A DNA stretch of 64,000 bases, from NCBI GenBank assembly GCA_964270895.1, contig OZ185442.1, one strand, 5' to 3'. Shown in pieces: positions 36,026 through 47,600 of this stretch. Below the pieces are notes generated by a model. It worked only from the letters and a program-made list of their open reading frames with translations, did not search any database and was not told the DNA's origin. The DNA comes from Podarcis filfolensis. Lineage: Eukaryota. Numbering within the stretch: the first letter of the stretch is position 1; each line of letters opens with the position of its first letter. A program made the translations under genes and the position numbers.

Positions 36026-36944
36026 CCCCTCTCCCGGTCAGTGCAGAACTCTTCTTTCTGCAAAAGGAGCAATTTGGGAAGAGATTTGCTACCTGATCCC
36101 TGCAATGAAATGGAAAAAGCACCAGGGAAGGGTTGGGGGGCAGTAGGAAGGCAAGTTAATGCTGCCCATCTCCAGCTAATTCGGGGAGGGGATGCTTTTC
36201 AGCTGCATTTGTTATGAAAGTCACTGCCAATGTTTAATGGAATGTAGGTCACAGTTAATCAGATGTTCAGTCTGTCTGACAGCTCCGAATATTCAGCAGT
36301 CATGGGAGAAAAACGGCATAGAAAATACACAGAAGAGAACAGCTCACACGCAAAGTGACCCTCCAGGACCCCCAAGCCTGGGGGTGGAATGGGGCTGTGT
36401 CACAGTGACACCAATCTGGGGCAGGAACTGACATTAAAGAAATGGGGGAGAGGCAGACATCTCCCCACCCCCACCCCCTACCCTGGTAAAATCCACACAG
36501 CCACTCTCACTTTTCCTGTTACTTAAATGGCTTGCTATTTTCCTACAGGTCTCCCCTACACACAACTGACAAGGAAGGCCCTCGTGGTCATTTACAGGCT
36601 AAAGAAGACTGACCACCCCTCACTCTCATCTTTGCCCCAGGGCCAGAGCGCCTTCCTTCCACCCCACCCTTTCTTGGCCAGCTCAGGAGACTCTGACACA
36701 AGGGCCTTCCAGGAAGCAAGAGCCCTTCCTGCTGCAGCCTTCATAGAGCCAGGGTGGGGGGTGGGGGAAGGGCCCCAGCAGTTGTCACTACTCTTGGCCC
36801 AAAGCCCACACGAAGAGGGTCAGCGACCTGCATTCACAGCAGCCGCACAGCAGCAACTTGCCCATGAAACAGAGCAGATTTTGAAGATATGAAGAGGGGA
36901 GTAGACGTGCAGCCTCTCCTGGAGCCATTTCCAGAATGAACCAT

Positions 36945-37050
36945 TTCTAGGTGGTATTGCTGGACTCCCAACTCCCATCATTCCTGGCTATGTGATGCCA
37001 TACTGGCTGTTGGGGCTGATGGGATTTGGAGTCCAACACCAACACCTGGC
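36945..37050. mobile_element. Hairpin hAT-type MITE core
   Basis: ggactcccaactcccatca / tgatgggatttggagtcc inverted arms. Confidence 0.65.
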
Positions 37051-37273
37051 TCCCTGGTTTAGGCATTTTTTTTTTTAATGGATCTTTGGACATGGACTCG
37101 ATGCACTGGGCTTCTTTGAAAAACAGCAGCACAAAAAGCTGCTGCCCTTCTATGCAAGAATCCTAAGAGTCCGGCAAAGAGAAAGCTCTCCTGAAAGGGA
37201 AGGAGCCTTCCAAATGCAGCTGCTGTACCCGAAGGGAAGAGGAGAAAAGGGGAGGGGACAGCTGGTGGCTCAC

Positions 37274-37321
37274 CCTGCCTTGCCCTGCCAGACAACAGCC
37301 TCAAGAGCAGGCACTCTGCGC
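37274..37321 (-). other. VAC14: Candidate 48-nt in-frame cassette exon in the last VAC14 intron
   Basis: ctctttcctcctccttctccag acceptor, AGG/gtgagc donor, phase 2-2, no stop codon. Confidence 0.35.
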
Positions 37322-38886
37322 CTGGAGAAGGAGGAGGAAAGAGCTGGCTTCTTGCTGCCTGCGGTTCATGCAGGATCCCCAAGGAGACCTAAACAAGCTC
37401 CCCTGGCACGCTGATGGGAACGGGCTCCTTCCCATCTCCTCCATGGCTCTGCTTGTTTCCATGGCAATACCACAAGGGAAAGTTTCCATCCCAGATGCCA
37501 AATGCCTGTGGATGAGGCACAGCCCTCCGAGGCTGACCAAATATAGACAAAACTCAAAAAGTGCTTCACTGTGCAGGGTAAGGAGGATGGACCTGAAGTC
37601 CTCTCACAAAACAGCTCCAGGAACGGCTCTTGGCACACCCTTGGGGATTTTGCCTGCTGAGAGTTGCAGCCCCCCACCCAACTCAAAGACTACAGCCCCT
37701 GGAGCAGAAGAGCCACAGAAGAAAACTGGACGGTTCAGATCGCTGCTCCCTTATAGCCTCTCTGCCAAGGGGGAAAGAGAGGCAAGAGGCCAGTCACCAC
37801 CACCACCACCACACAGAGGGACTCTGCAAGAAGTCTGAATGGCAATAGACGTGGGCCTCAGCTGGGCCTGAAGGTGACAAGCTCAAGGGGCAGGAAAGGC
37901 CAGCAGGGAAGCTTCAACTTAAGGCAGAGCCCAGGCTAGAAATCCCATGCAAATTATGTTTGCCTGGGGGTGGGGGGAGGCATGGCTGGCTGGCAGGAGG
38001 TGGGCCATGCACAGGGATCCTTCTACTTCCCGCAGCACCATGTGCTGAAGTCAGAGCTGGGCACTGTCGGCACACACAGGAATACCCAGTAGTGGTGCCA
38101 GGCCAGGCGGACGCTCCATCATTGCTGTTGAAAATGAACTACTGTTCCTTCTCTTACTCCAGCCAGCCTACATGAGTCACGGGGCCAACAGACACTCCTT
38201 CTCCTAACAAACAGAAACTGTCATGGGAAGTGCTGTCCATTAAAAACACAGGCCCTGACGGAGTGCATCCATACAAGTCCACAAGCAGATCTGCACCTAA
38301 GGATCAGCTGACCCCACCATCAACGAGCACCATCAACCAACCAGAACTCCAGTCTTCCACAACCAGCACTTGCCAGATGCAGAGAGCTCTGAAGGTCCTG
38401 CCAAAGCCACCATAAGGTGTGCTAGAAGGAAAGGAAGGCCAATGTGATGGCGGAGAACCAGCAAGTGGGGCCAGCTCCTGACCCAACATAAAGCTCTGGG
38501 CTTAATGCAGCAGCTGCACAGGAGAGAGGGTGAGGGGCATAGACAGACATGGCTTCTCTCCTCATGGTACCACAACAAGGCAGCCTGCTGGATAAGTCCA
38601 CACCTTCCTGCCTCATGTACTGGACAGAAAAATCATAGCATTATTATTATTGTTGCCTTAGTGTTATTATCTTGAAAATGTGCACCCTGCCCTGCTAACA
38701 ACAAATAGCATTTTATACGTGCTCTCCTGTGCCCAGGGAGTCCTCCCCACCCCTTTGTTGCTGGACAGTCCTGCAGCAAGACAGCCTCTGCAGAAGCCCT
38801 GCCTCTTTGTAAGGCAGGCGGCAAAGGAAGTAGGGCAAGTCACAGGTTGCTCTGAAGGATGCCCCAGAGAGGCGTTGGCAACTTAC

Positions 38887-39037
38887 GCTGTTTGCAGGAG
38901 TTCTGGGTTGGGCACGCACTGTAGGCGGTGGGAGAGGAGCTGGAAGGCATTGCTCTGGGGCAGGAGCATCAGAAGCCCGTACAGAGCCTTGATGAGGTAA
39001 GGGTTGTTCTTCACGTCCAGCAGCTGCAAGCGGAGAT
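38887..39037 (-). CDS. VAC14: VAC14 exon (about 18), (Y)[49 protein letters not shown](A)
   Basis: 151 nt; ttgcag/gtaagt boundaries. Confidence 0.97.
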
Positions 39038-40039
39038 CTGCAAGCAAAGAAGGGAAGGGTAAGCAGGGCTGTGAAAGCTGCTGACCTTTGTCCAAAGAGG
39101 GGGAAGGAGGGAGGGAGGGAGGGAGAGGCAGGGTGCACAGAACCTCTGAGTCCTTCTCTTCCATCCATCTTCTTGCCTTTTGCATGCATGCTTGCAGCCA
39201 CATGCCATCACACCATTTGTGTCTCCCTGGTGGAAAATGGGGAGTTTTCTGCCATGGAAAGCACAGAGATGCTGCCATCCCATCCACTCAGACCCAGAAA
39301 TAGGAGAGGGACACTGGACAGTGAAATGGTAATGAATCTTGGAGGGTCGGGGTGGGGGGTGGGGAGAGTCACAGTGGGACTGCCTTTGTGCAAGAAGGAG
39401 TGTTGTGTGCATGCATGTCTCTTTGGTAGCATAGGCAAAGGGATTTGACGAGTTTAACACCTGCTCTATGGGGTATCATAGGAACAGGAAAGCCAGCTGA
39501 TGGAGAAAGGTTTGCCATTGAAGCAAAAGGTTCAGGAGACAGTGTGAGGTCCAGGCAGGATGTGAGCCCAAGGGCTGACTCAGAAGGTCACACGACAGCC
39601 TGATCAATGGCTCAATAGTCTGCATGGGAACAAGCTTCTTGGCTTCCTTTTCCCACATCAACTGGCACTGTTACCTTGGGACTACCAAGCTGAGTTCTGG
39701 TCAACAGGAAAAACAACCAAATGCTATCTTGCCAGAAAGGGGGAAAGGGGACATTAAAGTTCTGAGTAGTAGAGCTCATGAAGGAGGTTGACAAGGGAAG
39801 AGGAGATCAGAGGAGAGGCTTGAAAGCTGGAGAAGGCAACACAGTCAAGGACAGGCTGGACATAAGTTTAGGTTGAGCCACCTGAAAGGCTCACCTCACA
39901 GTAGCCAAGTGTATCCATAGCAAAAAAGTCACAGGGTGTGAAGGGTTTAAAGGACATGGAGTGGTTGTTCTAGCAGGACAATGCAAGGGCGTTTTGAGCT
40001 GCCAAGGGAAGCTGTGGTGTCACCTTCCTTGAAGGCAGC

Positions 40040-40468
40040 TGGAGGGTGGAAGCGGACAGGGAGATCTTTTTCTTCCTCTCCCATAATACTAGAACTGATC
40101 CAATGAGGCTGATCCAATGAGGGAGATTCAGGAGAGGCAAAGAAAAGTTCTTCTTCACCAAGTGTACAGTTAAACTATGGAATCTGCTCCACATGATGTT
40201 GTGAAGGCCACCAACTTGGATGGCTTTAAAAGATTAGACAAATTCACAGAGGAGGATAGGGCTATCAATGGCCCCGAGCCACAATGGCTGCTTACTAGCT
40301 CCAGAATCAGAAGCAGCCTGCTTCTGAATACCAGTTGCTGGGAATCACATGGAAAGAGTGCAGCTGTGGACTTTCCACTGAAGCAACTTGATGGCTGCTG
40401 TGAGAACAGAATGCTGGACTAGATGGGCCTCCTTTGGCCTGATCCAGCTGCAGAGCTCTTCTTATGAG
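40040..40468 (+). mobile_element. CR1 LINE 3' end (ctcttcttatg-tailed subfamily)
   Basis: RFRxxKxKFFFT..VKLWNLL..VVKATNLDGFK.RLDKF motifs and 3' UTR. Confidence 0.88.
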
Positions 40469-40954
40469 GGGCAGCAGGCAGGAGAGGCTTTATTTGGAAA
40501 AGGGGACCTTGGTGTAGGCCAGGGTGGTGCTCCAGATTGCCTTGCAGGTCCCCTCCAGAGTGAGATAGTTGCCTTGCAACAGCCCAGTTGGGCAGGCATG
40601 GGTGGGAGACAGCAGTGCCCCACCCCCAGTGAAGATCCCAGCAATTCAAAAGAACGAGGTGGGGCTTCTGCATGGAACAGAAGCTCCTTGCAACCATCAC
40701 TGCAAGTGGCTCCTGTGTTGACATCCACTACACTGGTGGCTACTGCAGCTGCATGGAAAGGAAAACTCTGGAGGGCATGGTACAAGGTCACACGGTTCAG
40801 CAGGAGTGGGAGAAATTGTTGTTTCTGCTGCTGAAGCTCTCTTTTCTGTAGCAACAGATAGCTCAGAAGCACATTCCTAAGTGGAACTTGTCACCTGGGT
40901 TTCCACACCCACCCTCCAACGCAAAGGTTGGACTCAAAAAGGGTCTTTTTTTGT

Positions 40955-41550
40955 GGGGGACTATAGGCTACCTAGTAGTCCAACCCCTTGCCTGCTCAAT
41001 GCAGGAGACTGAGAGCTGGAGCCTCCATCCCCAGCAGATCAAAGAGGGATTTGTCCAGCCTCTGAGAACATAAGAAGAGCCTGTTGGATCAGGGAAACAA
41101 TCTGTCTAGTTCAGCATCCTGTTCTCACCATGGCCACCCAGATGCCTATAGGAAAACTGCAAGCAGGACCTGAGCACAAGAGCACTCTCATCTCTTGTGG
41201 TTCCCAGCAAACCAATATTCAGAAGCATGACTGCCTCCAGCTGTGGAAGGCAGAGCGTGGCCACTGTGGCTAGTAGCCTTTGCTTGAAGGAAGACAGCTA
41301 AGGAGGGCCTCCACCCCACCCTGCAATCGCCTTGTCCAACAGCTCTTCCCAGCAAGCCTCTTAATGTTCAGCTAATAGCTACCCACCTATTACTTAAGCC
41401 CATGTGAACAAGTCTCTGTCCTCTCTGGGGCAGCAGCAGCAGCAGCAGCAGCGAAGAAGGCTCTCCACTTCTCTTATGCAGGGGGCCTTCAGGGACTTGA
41501 AGTATGTTATCCTTTTCTTCTCCAGAGCAGACCCACTCAGTTCCTCCCAC
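40955..41550 (-). mobile_element. Nested CR1s: older CR1 (40955-41064 and 41283-41550) interrupted by the 3' end of a second CR1 subfamily (41065-41282)
   Basis: Host consensus tgtccagcctctg|cttgaag is split around an agaacataagaagagcc..ggctagtagcc insert. Confidence 0.7.
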
Positions 41551-41901
41551 CTTCCCCCCTGGGGCTGGTTTTTCATCCCCCGTTTCCCTTGGTCTCCCCT
41601 GAGCAAATGCAGTTTGTGTCCCTAACCTACATTCTGCTCCCTATCCACTGCAATGCTGCTGCTGCTTTTGGATGGCCCTAATGGGCACATGAGCCAGAAG
41701 GTCTCACAGCAAAGAGGCTCATAACTTCTGCTCTATTTATTTGGGCCACATCGCCAGTTGCAATGAGGGAGTGGGGGAGGAGAGGGGCCTCGGGTACGTG
41801 TGTCAATGCTAATGCACCACAAAGTGCAAAGCCCCCCAAACCCTCCTGCGAATGCGAGCGCACACACATACACACTTCAGCGAGAGTGAAAGGGAGCTTA
41901 C

Positions 41902-41981
41902 ATGTAAAAATCGGACACTCGATCAACTGGACCAGCTTGTCAACCTCAATCAGGAAATCCACTGTGACCTCCAGGTCACCA
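41902..41981 (-). CDS. VAC14: VAC14 exon (about 17), (F)GDLEVTVDFLIEVDKLVQLIECPIFT(Y)
   Basis: 80 nt; U12-type acceptor (TCCTTAAC branch, no polypyrimidine tract); donor gtaagc. Confidence 0.97.
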
Positions 41982-42011
41982 CTGAGCACGGCTGTTAAGG
42001 AGCCTAATCTG

Positions 42012-42075
42012 CCCATGCTGGCAGGGGCTGATGGGATTTGTAGTCTAAAACATCTGGAAGGCACTAGGCAGGGGG
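42012..42075. mobile_element. Half hairpin hAT-type MITE next to the U12 branch point
   Basis: gctggcaggggctgatgggatttgtagtctaaaacatctggaaggcactagg. Confidence 0.7.
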
Positions 42076-42517
42076 GTGGGCAGAAGCCACACAGCCTAAC
42101 ACCACGCTGCCCTACAAAGCCAAAGACCAGAGAGAGGATGAACAAGCTTCTTCTCTTAAGCTCCTGGCTTTGAAGATGGCATGATGAAGGCGCTTGCAAA
42201 ACACCACTGCCTTTTGATGGGGCTCGTACAGAGACACAGAGAGGCCTTCCTGGAAGAAACTCCCTCCACCCTTGCCTACCCGCAGGCCACTTTTCCAATG
42301 CTAAGCACAAAATGTGGATTATTCTGCCAGATCTGACTGTTCCCGCCTTCTCAACATGGAAACATGAGCTAAAAACAGAGAAGCTGTTTAATCCTCATTG
42401 TTGGGAAAAAAATCCTGGGAACGGACAGTTTCTGCTAAGGCAGGCCCATGTTCAAAATTTTTGTGGCAGAAGCAGGTCAGTGGTAACAGCAAAAATCTAA
42501 ATGTACACAGTCTAGTG

Positions 42518-42603
42518 TAGCCTTCGCCAACCTGGTGCTGTCTGGGGAGCTGATGGGAGTTGCAGTCCAAAATGTCTGGAGTGTCCTAGGTAGGCGAAGG
42601 CTG
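42518..42603. mobile_element. Internally deleted hairpin hAT-type MITE with degenerate 8-bp TSD
   Basis: Termini tagccttcgccaacctgg / cctaggtaggcgaaggctg; flanks gtctagtg and ctctagcg (6/8 match, TCTAG core). Confidence 0.75.
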
Positions 42604-43253
42604 CTCTAGCGGATTAAAAGTTAATGGTGGTGATAAACTTAGTAAGATTAAAATTATTGCAATTTTAATAGACTCCAAGTGCTCTTAAAAGAGAATCTGA
42701 ACTTGTGTGTACCTAAGAGATTGGTCATGCACATACAGCCTGTAGTACTCTGTTTATGCCCAATAATATAATTTTTAGAAGTCTGAAGATGAGTTTGCCA
42801 TGAATTTTAAAACATGGTTCAAAGCACATAGGAGAGACTTCAGACAAAAAGCAGCCCCATGTAACGGGGCCTGGCGGTTTGCACCCCCAGCACCCCCCAG
42901 CAGCATTAGGTGTGAAACTGGCCTTAGCTGAGAACTGTGCGAATGCTACAAATAGGCTCTTCTCAAACCTCCCCTTTTCCTGGAAGTCCTAACCAGCAAG
43001 TTGTGCCACGTGCTCAGTGGTCAATGCTCTGCATGGCTGGGAGCTTTAGGTTTCTCTCTGTGTTACTGCAATCTATTGTAAGCTGCTTTGAGGATCAATC
43101 CAAGGCAGGATATAAATCTCCAAAATAATATCCTACTGCAGCTAAGCCAAAGGATGTGTAATTGAAACGATGCTCTGCTGTCTCTTCTGCCCCCATTCGC
43201 CCTCTGCTTTCCTCTGTTTCTGCACTATGCCAATTTTAAGATGACCAAACCCG

Positions 43254-43389
43254 CAGTGTTTCTCAGACTTGGGTCCCCAGCTGTTGTTGGACTACAACTC
43301 CCATCACCCCCAGCTAGCAGGACCAGTGGTCAGGGATGATGGGAGTTGCAGTCCAACAACAGCTGAGGACCCCAGTTTGAGAAACATTG
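43254..43389. mobile_element. Complete hairpin hAT-type MITE inside the U12 intron
   Basis: 53-bp inverted arms with 5 mismatches; Charlie-like terminus cagtgtttctca. Confidence 0.88.
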
Positions 43390-43755
43390 CACTGAATTAT
43401 GTGAGATCCGTCTGGTGAGGGAGAGAGGCAGGGAGCACATCCAGTCCTGTACATCATCCATCATCTCCCAACATCCTTACGACTTTTGAGCTCTTTTATC
43501 TGAGACACTTTTCCAGCCATAGGAGCTGTTCTGGTCTCTGCTGCTATCATGATGTGCAATGGTGAATCTCAGAAAATGAAGATCCCTTCCGCAATGTAAA
43601 GGACCTTGGGGCTGACCACTTCTAATTGGCAGCCCGAGTTCACTGCCGTATTTTATGGGCCAAGAGGCAGCAGCTTCCGAGGCCTGCTTAGACGCCACAG
43701 TGCAGACAGCCGCCGTCTCATGTACCTTCCCTCCCTCCCCATGCTAGAAGGATAC

Positions 43756-43874
43756 AACTTCTGGATGAGGTCATAGGCATGCTTGTAGTTCTGAGTGAGG
43801 AAGCAGAGGGAGACGGTGGTCACAGGGTTGTGGCACCAGGAACGGTACAGGCAGCAGAACAGGTTGCGGCTCTC
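43756..43874 (-). CDS. VAC14: VAC14 exon (about 16), [39 protein letters not shown](F)
   Basis: 119 nt; acceptor ccccag; donor GTATCCTT (U12-type). Confidence 0.97.
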
Positions 43875-44454
43875 CTGGGGAGACAAAAAAGTAAGAGGAG
43901 TTGACTGGCACCTCCACACACCACTCCCAAGTCCGCTCTTGGGAACCAAAGGCAACTCCAGCAAAACAGAGGCCCCAAAACTAGGTAGCAGGGTGGGAAA
44001 AGGGGTCACCTCCTGCAACAATGCAGAGCCAGATGTCCTGGTGGCAGGGGTTCAGCACTGCCAAGCACAGCAGGACCACCATGTGTGCCACTTATGGTAG
44101 AGTGGCACATGATCCGGCATTCACAGCCTGCCCCCGCCCCGGGGGGCTTTGTTAAATTTATGTTTTCTGTCCTGCTGGTAGCAGAAAACAGCTGAAAATT
44201 GCATATGGCCAGCTGATGCCAGGAAGGCAAGGAAGGGGAAAAGTGGATGTTCTTCTCATGTTCTGATTTCACTCCTGTGAGAGGCAGTGGCGACAACCAA
44301 CCTGGACAGCTTTAAAAAACAGGGTGGGTGGGTGGGTGTGTTGATGCCCGCCTGAGCTCCAGCATGCAGTGCCCAAGTCACTTCAAGGGTGGGTGGAGAA
44401 AGAGGCTGCACAGCCCAGCAAAGTCACAGACACATCTTCTCAGGTGCAACATAC

Positions 44455-44629
44455 CGCCGTCTTCAGATCCTTAAGTTGGTTCCTCAGCTGGAAGAGCTCA
44501 GAAGAAGTCAGGAGGATGGTGTTGAGGGTGTGGACCATTGTCGAGGCAAACTTGAGGTCTTCCTCCCGCAGCAGGATGTCAGCCATTGAGTGAAAGATGT
44601 TCTCAGCATTCAGGAGAAGACAGAGTTGC
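44455..44629 (-). CDS. VAC14: VAC14 exon (about 15), (R)[58 protein letters not shown]
   Basis: 175 nt; atgcag/gtatgt boundaries; frame-consistent with both neighbours; FIG4-binding region. Confidence 0.97.
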
Positions 44630-47600
44630 CTGCATGGGACCAAAAAATGGAGATTAGGAGTTGACCAACAAAGAGGGTTGCTGTGAATTTGGAGGGTGGG
44701 TGGGTGGGCGGGTGGGATACCACCACCACAATCCCCAAATATCAAAGACAATCATCTTGGGTGAGAATCTAGGATGCAACAAGTGCCTGGCCCCATCCTC
44801 TGCAGCAAGCCTTTACAAAGGTGTTCTCCTTCCTATCAGCATTGTCACCCAGTAGGCCAAGACTGAACTTGCCCCTTAGGGAAGAAGCCCCATCGCTCCT
44901 TCTAACAGCGAACTCAGCTGGTGAGTGCCAATGGGGTTTTAGCAAACAGGGTCACTGAGGAACAAAGGAGAAATTAAAATGCTCTGGGGAATACCCCTAG
45001 GTCTTGCAAAGGTATAACACATATTATGAAGGAAAAAACACTTAGGGGAGAAGAGAAAGAATGACCCCCAACAGCCCAATGATGTAAGCTCACTCAGAGG
45101 CCATGGAATACTAGGTTGCCTGTTGGAAAGGGGAAACCAGAATGGAAGACAGAGAAAAATGAGTATCCTAAGAGAGCAGTGCTCCATATTGCAGCTTTTT
45201 TATTACAGGCCCCATTCACACACACATAGCAGCAGCAGCAACAGCTGCCTCACCTAGTTTCTCTTCCTTCCAACTCGCTCTCTGGGACACATCAGGCAGC
45301 GCCCCCACCCTCACCCCAGACCAATCTGTTCTGGATTAACACAAGCAATTTCAAGCTTTCCAGACAGAGTGGAGGGCTGAGGTCAAACCCTTGTTCTTTC
45401 ACAAATGACCTTGAGTTCAAAGCAAGTGTAAGGTAGGAAAATGCAAACAAACAAACAAACAAACCTTGCATGTGGCATTATCTTCATCCTTCGTTTCCCT
45501 TCTATCAGTTTTTTTTTAAAATTTGAATAAATATTTATTCCCCACGATTCCAGTAAAGGCTCCCTGTGGTGGCAGTAATGATATATCTGGAAGGTGTGCT
45601 AGGTGATTGCAAAGTTATTTGTGCAGGGAGGGAAATGCCCCGCTTTCAAAGCAGAAAGCCAGCAGAGGTTCACCTGTGTTGCACCCTGTCTCCAATTCCC
45701 AAGGATGTGCTGCAAATCTGGTGGTTCTGATTTACCAATATATCTGCTCAGAGCCCACCCAGCCCCAGCCTTGCTGACCTTTTCTGGAGCTTTTTCACAG
45801 GGACTCAGCAAGTCACAGCAGGAATGCTCTGCTTAACCTCTCCAGGAACCCCCAAGGTCTTCTGCACTGGAAACCGAGCGCCAGATTTCCCTCCGTGTTT
45901 GTTTTGATTCTATGGGCTCCCTCTTTCTCCCTGCCAAGCCTGCGGTGGTGGCACTGTAGGGTTTGCCTGAGGACGCCTGACACAAAGCCCAGTGCTAATG
46001 CCGCTACCGCTGCTGCCTCCTTTAACAAGCTTGGCTTCACAGCTCTGTGCATTCAAAGGACATGGGAAACGGCAACCCGAGTTACCCCAGGCGAGGGAGA
46101 CTTGATCAATTTTCTCTTTCAGCCCTTCTAAAGGCTCTAAAGCTCTGGTTTTGATCTATTTCCAGCACAGAATAATAATTCATTTCAAGGCCTCTGCTCA
46201 AGTCCAAGAATAGTCATTCAATCAGTCCCAAACAGAAACTCTGGAGAAATCACCCCCACCCCGCTCCCCTAGTGCATTGACACTCATTAAGATTTTCTTG
46301 TCAAAGACCATTTAAATTGCAGAGACATGCTTTGAAAAAGTAGGCCTCCAACTTTGGGATACAGCTCCAGAGAGTTGGGAAGGGAGCCAACTCAAGGGGG
46401 CTTTGCCTCTCCAAGCTCATCGCTAAGCAAGGCTTCGCCCCCTCCCAGGCCCCCAACGCCATCAGAGGGTTCCACTCCACTAGCAGCAGCTTGCAAGAGT
46501 CTTGTTGTCAGCTGCTTCCTTGGGAGGCAGGGGCGGGATTCTCAGAATCAGCACCCAATGGGCTCTTACTGCAGGAACAGCTTCAAGTCTGAAAGAGGGT
46601 GATTCAGCAAGAGATTGTAGAGCACAAGCACCAAGGTTTGCATATGCAGCTCCCTTTAATCTCTCTCAGAGAGACTTGGGAGAGAAATGGTGTTAATGGG
46701 GCTCCGAGTCCTATCGAGACCAACACCCCACAAACATGATTAGGGCATGCTCTTGAGATTGGGGAAACTATTCCCTAGGAAACGAAGATACAGTATTTGC
46801 TCAGATGTTTAAGTCACCCGAAGCTGCAGCATTCTGCTTGTGCCGCAGTGGCAAGTGTGCACAGGCCACAGTTCAGTGGAACAATCCAAAACAAGATACA
46901 TGGCTCAATTATGTGTCTCCTCCCTCCCATCAAAGGGATGGGATGCATAGGCTGGCCCCAGTCAGAGCTGGACTCTAAGCATGAAGCACAAAAACTTTAC
47001 CCAGTATTATAAGGGATGACCTTGAGTTCTGGAATGGAAAGGCAATTCTTACCTGAACTCCATTTTATTATATATTTCTCAGCTCATTTTTCAGATAAAG
47101 ATGGGTCTCTGAAAACACAGACCCTGCTCTCAGGCTCACAGACTAAAAACACAGGGCACCTGAGTGTGGGTGGAGGGAAAAGCATGAGAAAGATCAGACT
47201 GATACTGGCCAGAACTAAGTGGTGAGTTGTAAGCCAGGCCAGGCTGACCTTCCTTGCTGGTGGTGCCCTCCTCATCCTGTGCCCACCCGCTCATGGCTGC
47301 TATTCCTCTGGCCAGTTCAGAGGCCAGCCTCCTTTCTTCTCATGTTCGCTAGGCAATTCCATTAGCGACTGTGAGGTCAAAAACAGCATTGCTGCAAATC
47401 AGTCCAGAATTTGCTGACGTTGTGTTGAGAAGGTACACCGTTCTGTTTCTCCTTTTCATTGGCTTCCCTGAGAAGTTGTCATGGGCCGAAACAGGGCAAA
47501 CCAACTCCACCCAGAAGAGAAGCTGTAGGAAGGGGGGCACTCTACTAAACATGGGGGTTAGGGGCAAAGAGGAGGGCTGCCTGGGGTCCAGATGAACAGT

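Larger units (their letters stand above)
41982..43755 (-). other. VAC14: U12-type (minor spliceosome) GT-AG intron of VAC14
   Basis: 5' site GTATCCTTCT; branch sequence TCCTTAAC at 41994-42001, about 12-20 nt from the terminal AG; no polypyrimidine tract. Confidence 0.93.
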
